Numbered from the stretch's first letter, positions 35,416 to 45,139 are shown. The stretch: 64,000 bases of DNA from a virus (IMGVR_UViG_3300011980_000002:32001-96000), one strand, 5' to 3'. Program-made: numbers and translations. The notes: generated by a model not told the origin, from the sequence alone.

Positions 35416-37359
35416 ATGTATGAAGTAGATGTAGATAGGGTCCTTAATGGTACATTTCATAAGAGACTTTTAAATGCTTATAATAATTTAAAAGAAAATA
35501 TGAATGATGAAACTATTGAGGATTTCTATACTGTATATAAAGATGGTACATTATCAGACATACTAAATCATGCGGATATTATCTTTAAAGAACCCATAAA
35601 AGGTTTACCTTTTATTGAGGATATATTTACTAATTGGTATGTATTTATTCCCCCATATAAAAGAAAAGAAGTTTGTGATAATATCATATCAGCATTTGAG
35701 AAGATAATCGAAAATACTAGGCTTGGAGAAGAACAAAAGAAAAGATACGATGAAGCTTTATATAATATGGCTAAGACATGTACTGATAGAAAACAAACCA
35801 TAGTATTATCAAGGATAGAAACCGATGATAATTTAAGAGGTCTTATATTAGTACTATATGATACTATATATAATGAGCATGATAAGGAATCACATGATTT
35901 TACCTATGTTAATAAATTTTTTACTGATATTATAAATAATGGTAAAGTTAGAGATGCATTACCATATGCATTTGATATACTACCGGTAATTAATATAGGT
36001 CTATTATCAAGAATTGTAGAATATGCATTATCTGATGAAAATATTTGTTATGATAATATAGCTTGGATAAAATTAATATCTTATGATAATATTAATGAGA
36101 AATTATTAAGATGTGGCAATCATTGGTTAGAAAAAAGACTCAATTATATTAAGAATAATTCTATTAAGTCTATATTAAGTAAGTTATCATCTTTAGATGG
36201 TAATAAAGATTTTATTAATTCATTTGATGATGCTAAGTCTGCAATATCATCTTTATTTGATGATGATGAAACCGTAGACGCTTGTAGGGGTTTATTAAAT
36301 CAGAAGAAGTCTGTATCATTAATAAAAACTAAATCTTTATTAGAATCAATCCATGAGTCTGTATATAGAGAATATCTTGATAAATCTTTACATGATGATT
36401 GTACCAATCCTCTAATACATGAATTAATTGGACATAATGACGTTACAATTGAGCATGCTTTTGATTATCTTGAAGATAAGATAGGAGATTTAGGAGAAGA
36501 GTTATTTATACTAAATGAATCTATCATGGATGATATAGATAGTTCTATTATGTATGAATTTACCAATGATGGAACTCCTACTACGGTTATTAGAAATCAT
36601 TATAAGATATTTAGAGAAGAGAAGAAGATTGATAAGAATCCACCATCTGAAGATGATTTAAGGAAATTAGAAGAAGAGAATGATGACTTTGAAGATGATG
36701 ATGAAGTAGATACTTCTAATGTAAAAAAGACTAAAGAGATTGATAATCCTAGGTCTGATGATACTAATAATAAATTAGTAGAAAGAAATCCTAAAGATAC
36801 TCCAGAAAAACCTAAAGAGTCTTTAACCAGAAAGATACAAAATAAAGCTATTGATACAGATGTTAAAATGCAAAAAGGTATGAGTAATGCTCAACAAGGT
36901 ATGAAGGAATTGAAAAATGCTGCTAAAGCAGTAGCAAGAATTCCTGGAAATATTATTGATGGTATTAAAGGTAAATTAGACGAGTGGAATAAACTTGATG
37001 AAGATAAAAGAAAAGAAAAGATGCTTCAACCTGGTTATAGAAATGATATCCATAAGAGAATAATGAAACTTATTAAATATGGAGCAGCATGGAAATTCTT
37101 AGGACCTTTATTAAGTATAAAAGCTTGGTTTATTTCAAAAGTGTATAAAGCTACTATTGGTAAATCATTAGAGAAAAGAGATATTCGTTTAAGAAATGAA
37201 TTAGTTGCAGAATTAGATGCAGAGATAGAAATTACTAATGAGAAAATACAAGATGCTGGAAGTACCGGAGACCAAAAACAGAAGTATCAATTAATGAGGA
37301 TTAAAAAGAAACTTGAAGCTGAGAGAGTCAGAGTACAGACTAATTCTTCATTAATGTGA
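35416..37359 (+). CDS. 647-aa hypothetical protein (head-module context)
   Basis: SD tagaaaggaaacgg. The only gene in the window ending in TGA. The C-terminal third is charged and helical with an amphipathic hydrophobic segment (AAWKFLGPLLSIKAWFISKVY). Confidence 0.6.
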   Translation: MYEVDVDRVLNGTFHKRLLNAYNNLKENMNDETIEDFYTVYKDGTLSDILNHADIIFKEPIKGLPFIEDIFTNWYVFIPPYKRKEVCDNIISAFEKIIENTRLGEEQKKRYDEALYNMAKTCTDRKQTIVLSRIETDDNLRGLILVLYDTIYNEHDKESHDFTYVNKFFTDIINNGKVRDALPYAFDILPVINIGLLSRIVEYALSDENICYDNIAWIKLISYDNINEKLLRCGNHWLEKRLNYIKNNSIKSILSKLSSLDGNKDFINSFDDAKSAISSLFDDDETVDACRGLLNQKKSVSLIKTKSLLESIHESVYREYLDKSLHDDCTNPLIHELIGHNDVTIEHAFDYLEDKIGDLGEELFILNESIMDDIDSSIMYEFTNDGTPTTVIRNHYKIFREEKKIDKNPPSEDDLRKLEEENDDFEDDDEVDTSNVKKTKEIDNPRSDDTNNKLVERNPKDTPEKPKESLTRKIQNKAIDTDVKMQKGMSNAQQGMKELKNAAKAVARIPGNIIDGIKGKLDEWNKLDEDKRKEKMLQPGYRNDIHKRIMKLIKYGAAWKFLGPLLSIKAWFISKVYKATIGKSLEKRDIRLRNELVAELDAEIEITNEKIQDAGSTGDQKQKYQLMRIKKKLEAERVRVQTNSSLM

Positions 37360-37399
37360 TTACTACAAAATATTTTTTATAAAAGCAGGTGATTATATA

Positions 37400-38350
37400 A
37401 TGAGCAATGAATTAAACCTCTTTGAAAAGTATGTATTGATGGAAGAAGCTCCAAGAAAGAAAAAGAAACCTGATGAAGAAAAAGAGATAGTTCCAGATAA
37501 TCCTGATACAGATACTGGGGATGAAATAGAAGCTGATGAATTTGAAGATGAACCTGAACCAAAACCTGAAGAGTCTGGTTTAAAAGTACCTAAAAGAAGA
37601 AGAAGTATTAAAACAGATGATTTTGATGCAGATGATGATATAGAAGAAGTTCCAGATGATTTAGATATGGATGGAATGGATGATATTGAAACAGACGACG
37701 ATGAGATATCTGATGAGGATATGGATTTAGTTCCGGATGAACCTGACTTAGATACTGGTGATAATGTAGAACCAGATAATGATGGTGAAGGTGGAGATGA
37801 TACAAATGAAGCTTTAAATGATTTAGCAAATGGTGGAGATGGAACCCCAGAAGATGGTAATGATGGAGCTAATCTTGATATGGATGATGGAGAAGGTGGA
37901 GATGATAGTGGAGATATAGAACCTAATTTAGATGATGATGGAGACGACACAGGTGATGATAGTGGTGGAACTGATGATACAACATCTGATGATGGTGGAG
38001 AAGAAGGTAGTGTTAAAAATAACGCAGATAATCAATTGAAATATTCTTTATATATTAATATGACTAAATTGTCTGAAGCAATAAGAAACTATCAAGATAA
38101 ACTATACTCCAAGAATGAATTCTCTACAATTAGTGGAGATACGATTAAAGTTATATCTGAAAAACTAAAAGATATAGATAGTGCTTTAACTGAGTATATG
38201 ATTTATAAGTTTACTGATAATTCATATACTGAATCTTTAGTTTTTTATAATCGTACAGTTACTTCCATAGGACTATTATTTGAAGTATTAAATAATAAAG
38301 AAATTCCTGATGATATTAAGAAACTTACCAAATCAAAGAAAAAACAATAA
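37400..38350 (+). CDS. Highly acidic protein (possible scaffolding-type protein)
   Basis: Long D/E-rich region followed by a helical C-terminal domain. Sits directly upstream of the putative capsid gene. The scaffold role is inferred from position only. Confidence 0.55.
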   Translation: MSNELNLFEKYVLMEEAPRKKKKPDEEKEIVPDNPDTDTGDEIEADEFEDEPEPKPEESGLKVPKRRRSIKTDDFDADDDIEEVPDDLDMDGMDDIETDDDEISDEDMDLVPDEPDLDTGDNVEPDNDGEGGDDTNEALNDLANGGDGTPEDGNDGANLDMDDGEGGDDSGDIEPNLDDDGDDTGDDSGGTDDTTSDDGGEEGSVKNNADNQLKYSLYINMTKLSEAIRNYQDKLYSKNEFSTISGDTIKVISEKLKDIDSALTEYMIYKFTDNSYTESLVFYNRTVTSIGLLFEVLNNKEIPDDIKKLTKSKKKQ

Positions 38351-38483
38351 TTTAAATTTTGTATAAAAAGTTGTTATATTTGTTGAATTTTCTATGACTT
38401 TAGACTAGAAAATTACTTCCAATTTAATAACAAGTATATAAAGATTAACAAAAAATAAATAAAATAAGGAGATATGTAAACTG

Positions 38484-40235
38484 ATGAAAAATATATTGCC
38501 TTTCATGACAGAGTCTGGAAGTACATTTTCTCAGACATCTACCATTGGGTCTTTTTCTAATGGTAGACATATGAATTCATTCGATGATAACTATACAAGA
38601 GTTTATAATCAGTTTAATAATCAAGGACTTAAGATAAATACAGATATTCGTGCTATACTCGAAGATCAGGCTATTTATGAGAGTTTCCGTGATGAACTTA
38701 TAAGTGATATACTTAATGATTGTGATCATTATAGTTATGCTGAGCATGGTAACCTTGCAGCATTAGCTGAGCAGGTTTCTACCATGATGGATAACAGAAG
38801 AGATATGCTTCTTTCAGAGTCTGTTACAACCGGTACTTTGCTTCCAATAAAGATGATTGACTTCCCACTTATCGTTAAGGAACATCTTAAGAATGTTATT
38901 AAGGATATTATGCAGTGTGAAGTTACCAAGTCACCTGTTATTAAGAAGCATATTCAACATACATGGATAGTTGATAAGAAGACAAAGAAGAGATATGAGT
39001 ATCCACAGTGCTTCTATAGAAAAGGACAAGCTGCTGAGTTATTTGATGCAGGTAAGGGATATAAGCTCAATGATACTCCTTGTACTCTTCCAGCATTTAA
39101 TTATAAGATAATTGATAACCATGTTACTGGTATATCACTTCCGGAAAGAGAGAAGCTCTCTATAAATACAAAGATAGTTTATGGTGTACTTGCAGATAAT
39201 ACTAAGGTACCTCTTGACATGAGAATCAATCTTGCAGATGGTTCTTGGTTAGGTGGACTTATAGATACAAAGGTAGAGTCAACAGCTACACCTGGTACAT
39301 TCCATGATGTTAAGGATTGTATTACCGGTTATGTAGATTTCACTAATAATACTACATCCATATCATCTGCTAATGGAACTATTAAGAAGGTTATATTTGA
39401 AGGATATCTTTCAAATGAACTTAATGAAAGAGCTGTAACATTCGATTACTCAAGAGAGGAAAGAGAATGGAAGATTGAAGATGGACATAGAGTTGATGTT
39501 CCATATTCAATAGAGGAGCTTGAAGATGCTAAGGCACTTCTTGACCTTGATTTGTACAAACTTAGCTATAGTAATCTTTCTGATTACTTAGTAAATATGG
39601 AAGACGCTGATGGTCTCGCCTATCTTGATGAAGCATTTAAGAAGTTTGAAGGTCTTACTCTTGACCCACTTGATTTTAATGGTTTCGTTAAGAAGCAGAC
39701 ATTTGATTGTGATTCTACTCATGCTACTGTAGCTCTTCCATGTGAATATATCGAGAAGCAACTTAAGTTCTTGATAGATAGATTTGTTATTGATATAGCT
39801 GATACTGCTAAGCTTGATGATGTTACATTTGTTATTTATGGTAACCCAAGATATGTTTCACTTCTCGGTGGAGCTGTTAACTGGGTTGTTAATAGTGGTG
39901 ATACAATTGGTGGTGTTAAGCTTACAAATAGTTATGGTATAATGAACTCTGGTGGAGTTAAGATACAAGTTATATCTTCTGATAAGATACTTGTTCCGGA
40001 TAATAAGGGTCTTAAGATTATACCATATCCAACATCTGATAAGACAATGACATTTAAACACTATAAGTATACATCTCATATACTTACTGCTGCTAATTCT
40101 GCTTATAAGGATGCTGATAGACCAGGTGGAAGCTATACAAATATCGTTGGTGTTTCAAGATACACCAATGCAGGTATACAGCAAATACAGGGTCATATTA
40201 CATTTACAAATGATACATCATATATTAAGATATAA
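38484..40235 (+). CDS. Probable major capsid protein
   Basis: 583-aa ORF with a clear codon-usage shift (ctt, aag, ggt, gct) typical of very highly expressed genes. It is preceded by the acidic protein and followed by a strong terminator. No motif-level identification was possible. Confidence 0.5.
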   Translation: MKNILPFMTESGSTFSQTSTIGSFSNGRHMNSFDDNYTRVYNQFNNQGLKINTDIRAILEDQAIYESFRDELISDILNDCDHYSYAEHGNLAALAEQVSTMMDNRRDMLLSESVTTGTLLPIKMIDFPLIVKEHLKNVIKDIMQCEVTKSPVIKKHIQHTWIVDKKTKKRYEYPQCFYRKGQAAELFDAGKGYKLNDTPCTLPAFNYKIIDNHVTGISLPEREKLSINTKIVYGVLADNTKVPLDMRINLADGSWLGGLIDTKVESTATPGTFHDVKDCITGYVDFTNNTTSISSANGTIKKVIFEGYLSNELNERAVTFDYSREEREWKIEDGHRVDVPYSIEELEDAKALLDLDLYKLSYSNLSDYLVNMEDADGLAYLDEAFKKFEGLTLDPLDFNGFVKKQTFDCDSTHATVALPCEYIEKQLKFLIDRFVIDIADTAKLDDVTFVIYGNPRYVSLLGGAVNWVVNSGDTIGGVKLTNSYGIMNSGGVKIQVISSDKILVPDNKGLKIIPYPTSDKTMTFKHYKYTSHILTAANSAYKDADRPGGSYTNIVGVSRYTNAGIQQIQGHITFTNDTSYIKI

Positions 40236-40267
40236 TTCTTAAATATATAAGTATAAATAAATTATTA

Positions 40268-40306
40268 TAGAAGAATTAGAAGAAATTCTAATTCTTCTAT
40301 TTTTTA
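40268..40306 (+). terminator. Rho-independent terminator
   Basis: tagaagaattag / ctaattcttcta followed by a T-tract. Confidence 0.75.
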
Positions 40307-40356
40307 TTTAAATATAAACTTTTAATAATTTAAATTATGAAAGGAAAAAACATAAT

Positions 40357-41703
40357 ATGTTTGAAATAGACAATCTCTATTATGATGATATACAGAGAGA
40401 ATATTCTATGCTTGAACAAGCTTTAGATATTACTGTTAAAAAAGCAGATATAGCGTATGAATACGTATCTAATATGTCAAATGTTTCCATTATGGAAGCT
40501 GATTTGAACATAATGGGTGAATCTGGAGATTATAATGATTTAGCACACCTATATGAAGATGCAACAGCACAGGCTGGTGAGAAGAAAAAAGGAATAATTG
40601 TAACCATTATCGAGGGTATTGGTAAATTTATTTCAGGTCTTCTTGAAAAACTCACAGGTAAGGTTAGTGATAAAAAACTCGAAGAGTTAGCAAATGACCC
40701 AGATGCACCTAAGCAAATAAAAGTTAAAAAAGACCCTAATAAGTTTTTAAAAATGGGTGCAGATATGCTTAATGGTATAATGGATAAAATTAAGCCTGGA
40801 TTTACTTCTAAAGACGAAGATGGTAATAAGAAGTTCGATTTTGTTAGAACTCTTATAACTGGAACAGAAGCACTTGCAGTTGCAGGTGGTGCGTATTTGG
40901 GAGTTAAAAATGCACCAAATATTAAAAAAGGTTTTACCAGCTTGATTGATAAGGGTAAGGATATAATAAACAATCTTAAAGGTAGATTGAAAAGTGCTAA
41001 AGATGAAACTGAAATAGAAGTCATCAATGCGGCAACACATGCTACTCAAAATGCTATAAAGTGTATAGGTCAGAATATGACTGATATTTTCATAGCACCT
41101 TTTATGGGTAATGTGATTGATGCTGAATTCAAAGAGGTTAATACCGAGGAAGATCAGAAGAGTGGTAAAGATAAAAAGGGTGCTGATAAAGGTGATGGTA
41201 AACAATTGCCAGCCGAACAAGAATACAAAACATATAATGGTGGTAGACAAGGTGAACTTCCCCATAAGAAACAAAAAGGACTTCCTGGACCTGGACAAAC
41301 AGCAAGAGATAAAGCTAGACCTAATGAGATGGTTGGTGGAATTGTATACGCCGATGGAGCTAAGCGTAAAAAACCTGATGCACTTCCCGGACCTGGACAA
41401 ACAGCAAGAGATAAAGCTAGACCTAATGAGATGGTTGGTGGAATTGTATACGGTGATGGACCCACTAATTCAAGTAAATATCGTGAAGGTAAGAGGAAGT
41501 TAGCAAACAGAAATAATCGAAGAAAACATCGTAAAGGTGAAATGAATATGGATGAGTCCGCATTAGATATATTTGACGAGTTCAGTTCATATTTAGATGA
41601 TTATGAATATGAGTCTGTTTACGACGATTATGAAACGGACACTTATTCAGATGATTATGAATATGAGTCTGTTTACGATGATTATGACAACTATCTGAAT
41701 TAA
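40357..41703 (+). CDS. Fam-C paralog 1 (internal 34-aa duplication, D/Y/E-rich tail)
   Basis: Shares KPGFTSKDEDGNKKFDFVRTLITGTEALAVAGGAYLG with paralog 2, and the helix IIVTIIEGIGKFISGLLEKL with the family. Confidence 0.75.
   Translation: MFEIDNLYYDDIQREYSMLEQALDITVKKADIAYEYVSNMSNVSIMEADLNIMGESGDYNDLAHLYEDATAQAGEKKKGIIVTIIEGIGKFISGLLEKLTGKVSDKKLEELANDPDAPKQIKVKKDPNKFLKMGADMLNGIMDKIKPGFTSKDEDGNKKFDFVRTLITGTEALAVAGGAYLGVKNAPNIKKGFTSLIDKGKDIINNLKGRLKSAKDETEIEVINAATHATQNAIKCIGQNMTDIFIAPFMGNVIDAEFKEVNTEEDQKSGKDKKGADKGDGKQLPAEQEYKTYNGGRQGELPHKKQKGLPGPGQTARDKARPNEMVGGIVYADGAKRKKPDALPGPGQTARDKARPNEMVGGIVYGDGPTNSSKYREGKRKLANRNNRRKHRKGEMNMDESALDIFDEFSSYLDDYEYESVYDDYETDTYSDDYEYESVYDDYDNYLN
41281..41452 (+). 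repeat. Tandem duplication, period 102 nt (two 70-nt near-identical copies)
   Basis: 41281-41350 and 41383-41452 both encode LPGPGQTARDKARPNEMVGGIVY. Confidence 0.9.
41596..41687 (+). repeat. Direct repeat, period 54 nt
   Basis: gatgattatgaatatgagtctgtttacga(c/t)gattatga at 41596-41633 and 41650-41687, encoding DDYEYESVYDDY. Confidence 0.9.
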
Positions 41704-41711
41704 ATAATATA

Positions 41712-41766
41712 TTGAATAACGAACCATAATTGCTTCAATTTATCGTAATTATGGTTCGTTATTCAA
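41712..41766 (+). terminator. Perfect 20-bp stem hairpin
   Basis: ttgaataacgaaccataatt / aattatggttcgttattcaa. Confidence 0.6.
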
Positions 41767-41795
41767 ATTTCAATAATTTTAGAAAGGATATATTC

Positions 41796-43025
41796 ATGAC
41801 ATACAATCAAATAGTTAATTCATATGTTAATAAAATGAATATGTTGAACCTTGAGTATATTAATAATGATTGTGATTTTCATATGGAATCTGTTTTATAT
41901 GAAAACGATATATTGTATACTGAAGATGTTGAAAACTCCATAAATAATGCAGTTAATAAAAAAAGAAATATAATTCTCAGAATAGTAGATGGTATAATTT
42001 CGTTCATCAATAAAGTAGTTGGTGATATTGGAAAGATGTTCAATAAACAAGTTGAAAGTGATTTTAATAACGCACCTGATGTAGAAACTAAATTTGAAAC
42101 GAACCCTACCGAGACTCTTAGTAAGTGTGAGAGTACACTTGGTAAAGTTGTTGGATTTTTGAAACCTGGATTCACTACAAAAGATGAAGAGGGTAATAAG
42201 AAGTTTTCTCCATTGAAAACACTGATTACTGGGTTAGAGGCTACCGCTGCCGCTGCTGGTACATATATGATTGCAAAAAAATCATTACCTACAATAAAGG
42301 AAAAAGCAACAAAGATTCTTAATGATTGTAAAGGATTAACGAGCAAGTTCAAAGAGGAATCATTCGAGGATAAAATGCTTAAAATTCTTGAGGATAAAAA
42401 TAAAACCGACGATGAAAGAATTAAAGCTGCTAAAGCATTATATAAAAATGACCCAGAAATGCTTAAAAAAGTTAATGAGTTAGAGAAAGAAATAAAAGCT
42501 AATCGTATGACTCCTAGAGAATTTAAACAGGGTATACGAAAAGCAAAAAGTGATAGAGATATAAATCAGAGACAGAATGATAGAGACTATCGTGCAGCAG
42601 TTGCTGGAATGGCTATGGATGGTAAAAACTGGAAAGAAAAACAGGAAGAACAAAAAGCAGAAGTTCAGGCTAAACTGAAGGCTAAAATGGCTAAAGTTAC
42701 CGGCACAAATCCTGAAAATGCAAAAAAAGAAAGTTGGTTTGCTAGATTGTTCGGTAAAGCTAAACAACAATCTGTTCAGAAAATGAATGATCAACAAATG
42801 GCAGCAGAGGCTATTAGTCAGACATCTAAGTATGCAGCAGACGTTCTTAGAGATGCTACAAGGGCTATTTTAAATATAGCAAGAGGAAAAAGTAATAAAT
42901 CTGATAAGGACGAAGTTAAAAACGAACATGTGTCATATTATAATGATGATTGTTATTTTGATTTATATGAATATAATAATGATTATATAGATTATGATAT
43001 AGACAATATGATAACAAACTTATAA
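41796..43025 (+). CDS. Fam-C paralog 2 (aromatic/acidic tail)
   Basis: ATG at 41796 with SD tagaaaggat; the track start at 41730 lies inside the hairpin. KPGFTTKDEEGNKKFSPLKTLITGLEATAAAAGTYMI. Confidence 0.75.
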   Translation: MTYNQIVNSYVNKMNMLNLEYINNDCDFHMESVLYENDILYTEDVENSINNAVNKKRNIILRIVDGIISFINKVVGDIGKMFNKQVESDFNNAPDVETKFETNPTETLSKCESTLGKVVGFLKPGFTTKDEEGNKKFSPLKTLITGLEATAAAAGTYMIAKKSLPTIKEKATKILNDCKGLTSKFKEESFEDKMLKILEDKNKTDDERIKAAKALYKNDPEMLKKVNELEKEIKANRMTPREFKQGIRKAKSDRDINQRQNDRDYRAAVAGMAMDGKNWKEKQEEQKAEVQAKLKAKMAKVTGTNPENAKKESWFARLFGKAKQQSVQKMNDQQMAAEAISQTSKYAADVLRDATRAILNIARGKSNKSDKDEVKNEHVSYYNDDCYFDLYEYNNDYIDYDIDNMITNL

Positions 43026-43053
43026 ATTATAACGAAAGGATAAATGATTAGTT

Positions 43054-44010
43054 ATGGCTAATAATTTTCTAACTAAATATGATGTTCATGACATTAAAAC
43101 TTCTTTTAATATAAAAAAAGTTATGTCTGAGCATAGTATAAATTGTAAAAAAGCTGAGCTTAAAGTATTGACTGAATCTGGTACAGATGAGGACTTCTAC
43201 TACTTATACCAAGAATCTATGAGTGATGCTATTGGAAAACTTGGAGAGATAATAGATGATATAATAAAGAAATTCATTGAATTTTGTAAAGATGTACAGA
43301 TACAGATATTATCAAAGATTAACTCAGTTGAATTTAAGTCAAATGTGCAAAAAATAAACGATAAGCTTAAGTTCAATCCATTCTTAAGAAGTAAATCACA
43401 GACAGTTAGTGATTTTAATCCCAAGATGAAAGATTATATAGAAGCTTCTTCAAAACTTGCTAAGATGGTTGCAAAACTTAAAAGTGGTAATTCAGTATCT
43501 ACTGAAATTGACAACTTTGCAGACTGGTTTGATGATTTAGCTGAGAAGCAAATGAAACAGAGAAAATTGAGTAATGCTGCCATATTTGCAACACTTAAGA
43601 GTTTAATGGAGAAGGTTGATGGTGAAATTAAGAAGATTCGCGATGATGCTAGGGATCTTCTTACAGATGTCAAAGGTATCAAACCTAAAAAAGATGATGA
43701 TGATAACGATATAAATCTTAAATCATCAGCTACTAAACTTTGTAATTATATATCAAGAGTTAGTAGAGCAGCTATAAGGCTCCGTGTAACGACATTAAGT
43801 GAGTATCTTGCAGTATGTAAGAGAGAAATTCTTAATGCTAAAGAAGAAGATGTTAAGAATGAGTCATATGAATATGAAGATAGTTATGATTCGGATTACG
43901 AATATGATTACAGTAATGACGATGATTCTTCAGATGATGATTCAGATGATGATTATGAATACGAATCTGGATATGATTACGAAGACAATTACGATGAGTA
44001 TGATTTTTAA
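43054..44010 (+). CDS. Fam-C paralog 3 (long D/Y/E/S tail)
   Basis: N-terminal LKVLTESGTDE plus helix IIDDIIKKFIEFCKD. C-terminus YEYEDSYDSDYEYDYSNDDDSSDDDSDDDYEYESGYDYEDNYDEYDF. Confidence 0.6.
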   Translation: MANNFLTKYDVHDIKTSFNIKKVMSEHSINCKKAELKVLTESGTDEDFYYLYQESMSDAIGKLGEIIDDIIKKFIEFCKDVQIQILSKINSVEFKSNVQKINDKLKFNPFLRSKSQTVSDFNPKMKDYIEASSKLAKMVAKLKSGNSVSTEIDNFADWFDDLAEKQMKQRKLSNAAIFATLKSLMEKVDGEIKKIRDDARDLLTDVKGIKPKKDDDDNDINLKSSATKLCNYISRVSRAAIRLRVTTLSEYLAVCKREILNAKEEDVKNESYEYEDSYDSDYEYDYSNDDDSSDDDSDDDYEYESGYDYEDNYDEYDF

Positions 44011-44015
44011 ATAAT

Positions 44016-44054
44016 AATATACGGTAATAAGGTATGTCCTTATTACCGTATATT
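44016..44054 (+). terminator. Hairpin terminator (17-bp perfect stem)
   Basis: aatatacggtaataagg / ccttattaccgtatatt. Confidence 0.65.
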
Positions 44055-44058
44055 ATTT

Positions 44059-44104
44059 ATCCGTATTTTCTATATATATATCGATATATTATTTATATGT
44101 AAAA
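44059..44104 (+). promoter_or_regulatory. Extended early-type promoter-like motif (ATCCGTAT variant)
   Basis: atccgtattttctatatatatatcgatatattatttatatgtaaaa. Confidence 0.45.
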
Positions 44105-44135
44105 TAAAATAATATACGAAAGGAGATTCATAATT

Positions 44136-44363
44136 ATGAAATCTCAATTAAAACTAACATCTTATCTCGTTTCATCTTACGAAAGAGAAATGCCATTTAT
44201 ATTGGCATCTTCTGATATAACATTCATCAGATCTGCAATTGATAACATAAATAGCGTTATCAATAATGCATATTATGATGAGTATGATGAAAGAGAGTGT
44301 AACCTTAATTACAAACTAATTAAAATGTGGTCAGAAATGACATACAAATTGATTAGTTTGTAA
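44136..44363 (+). CDS. Small hypothetical protein (75 aa) in a self-contained cassette
   Basis: Has its own promoter-like motif, SD aaaggaga and terminator. Confidence 0.6.
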   Translation: MKSQLKLTSYLVSSYEREMPFILASSDITFIRSAIDNINSVINNAYYDEYDERECNLNYKLIKMWSEMTYKLISL

Positions 44364-44373
44364 TTAAGTTTAA

Positions 44374-44410
44374 AAAGTAATGCATGTGCACATTGTGCAT
44401 TACTTTTTTT
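44374..44410 (+). terminator. Rho-independent terminator
   Basis: aaagtaatgca / tgcattacttt followed by a T-tract. Confidence 0.75.
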
Positions 44411-44487
44411 GAAAATTGTTACTATTAATCGTATAACTTTATATTTTTTAATATAGTATATTAAAAAATATAAAGGAGACATTAGTA

Positions 44488-45015
44488 ATGAATGAAAAAC
44501 TAAAAGAACTTATTGATTATGCTAAGAAGGGGAGATCTGAAACTGTAAATGGATATTATACTAAACTTAACAAGTTGAAAGAATCTAATAAAGATAACAA
44601 GCTTACTGATAGTTCTATTGTTAAGAATTGTCCAAATTATAGTGATACTCTCAAGAGATATGAGGACTTGTTTAATATTATTATAGATATTGAAGACGCT
44701 CATAATGAGAAAGAAAGTTTTAATGATGAGATAAAGCGTTATCGTGAAACTTATAATAATATGATGTCAGTTGGTATCGTTTGTAATAAGCAAGAAACAT
44801 ATAGCACGTGTATGAATAAAATTAAAGATGGTATAGAACATCTTGATACATTATTCGATGCTGCTGAACATAATGCAAAATCATTATCTGATAATATTTC
44901 AGATAGTGATAGAATATGTAATTTATTACTAGGACATTATAAGAATTATATCAAGAGTCAAAAATTGGAAATTGATGCTTGGATAAATGCAGTTACAGAT
45001 GCTCTTAAAAATTAA
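44488..45015 (+). CDS. Hypothetical helical protein
   Basis: SD aaaggagac, with its own terminator downstream. Confidence 0.6.
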   Translation: MNEKLKELIDYAKKGRSETVNGYYTKLNKLKESNKDNKLTDSSIVKNCPNYSDTLKRYEDLFNIIIDIEDAHNEKESFNDEIKRYRETYNNMMSVGIVCNKQETYSTCMNKIKDGIEHLDTLFDAAEHNAKSLSDNISDSDRICNLLLGHYKNYIKSQKLEIDAWINAVTDALKN

Positions 45016-45031
45016 TAAAGTTTCTTAATTT

Positions 45032-45067
45032 AACCCTATAGACAATTTAGTCTATAGGGTTATTTTT
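45032..45067 (+). terminator. Rho-independent terminator
   Basis: aaccctatagac / gtctatagggtt followed by tattttta. Confidence 0.7.
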
Positions 45068-45139
45068 ATCCGAATTTCTTATAAATCGTTTAGATTACAC
45101 AGTTATTTAAAGTTAAATTCAATAGAAAGGGAATAGTTT

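Noticed and set aside
37377-37950. Minus-strand ORFs (37393-37950, 37608-37829, 37377-37562) with Ser/Pro/His-rich translations.
   Set aside because: They are antisense artefacts of the GAT/GAA-rich acidic protein gene 37400-38350.
41730-41795. Upstream start of the track ORF 41730-43025.
   Set aside because: It lies inside the 20-bp terminator hairpin (41712-41766) and has no SD. The ATG at 41796 has tagaaaggat upstream.
40530-42797. Several ORFs overlapping Fam-C paralogs 1 and 2 (40530-41027, 40747-41400, 41117-41503, 41154-41465, 41879-42352, 42480-42797).
   Set aside because: They are antisense or out of frame relative to well-supported genes. They have no SD, and they are partly generated by the internal DNA repeats.
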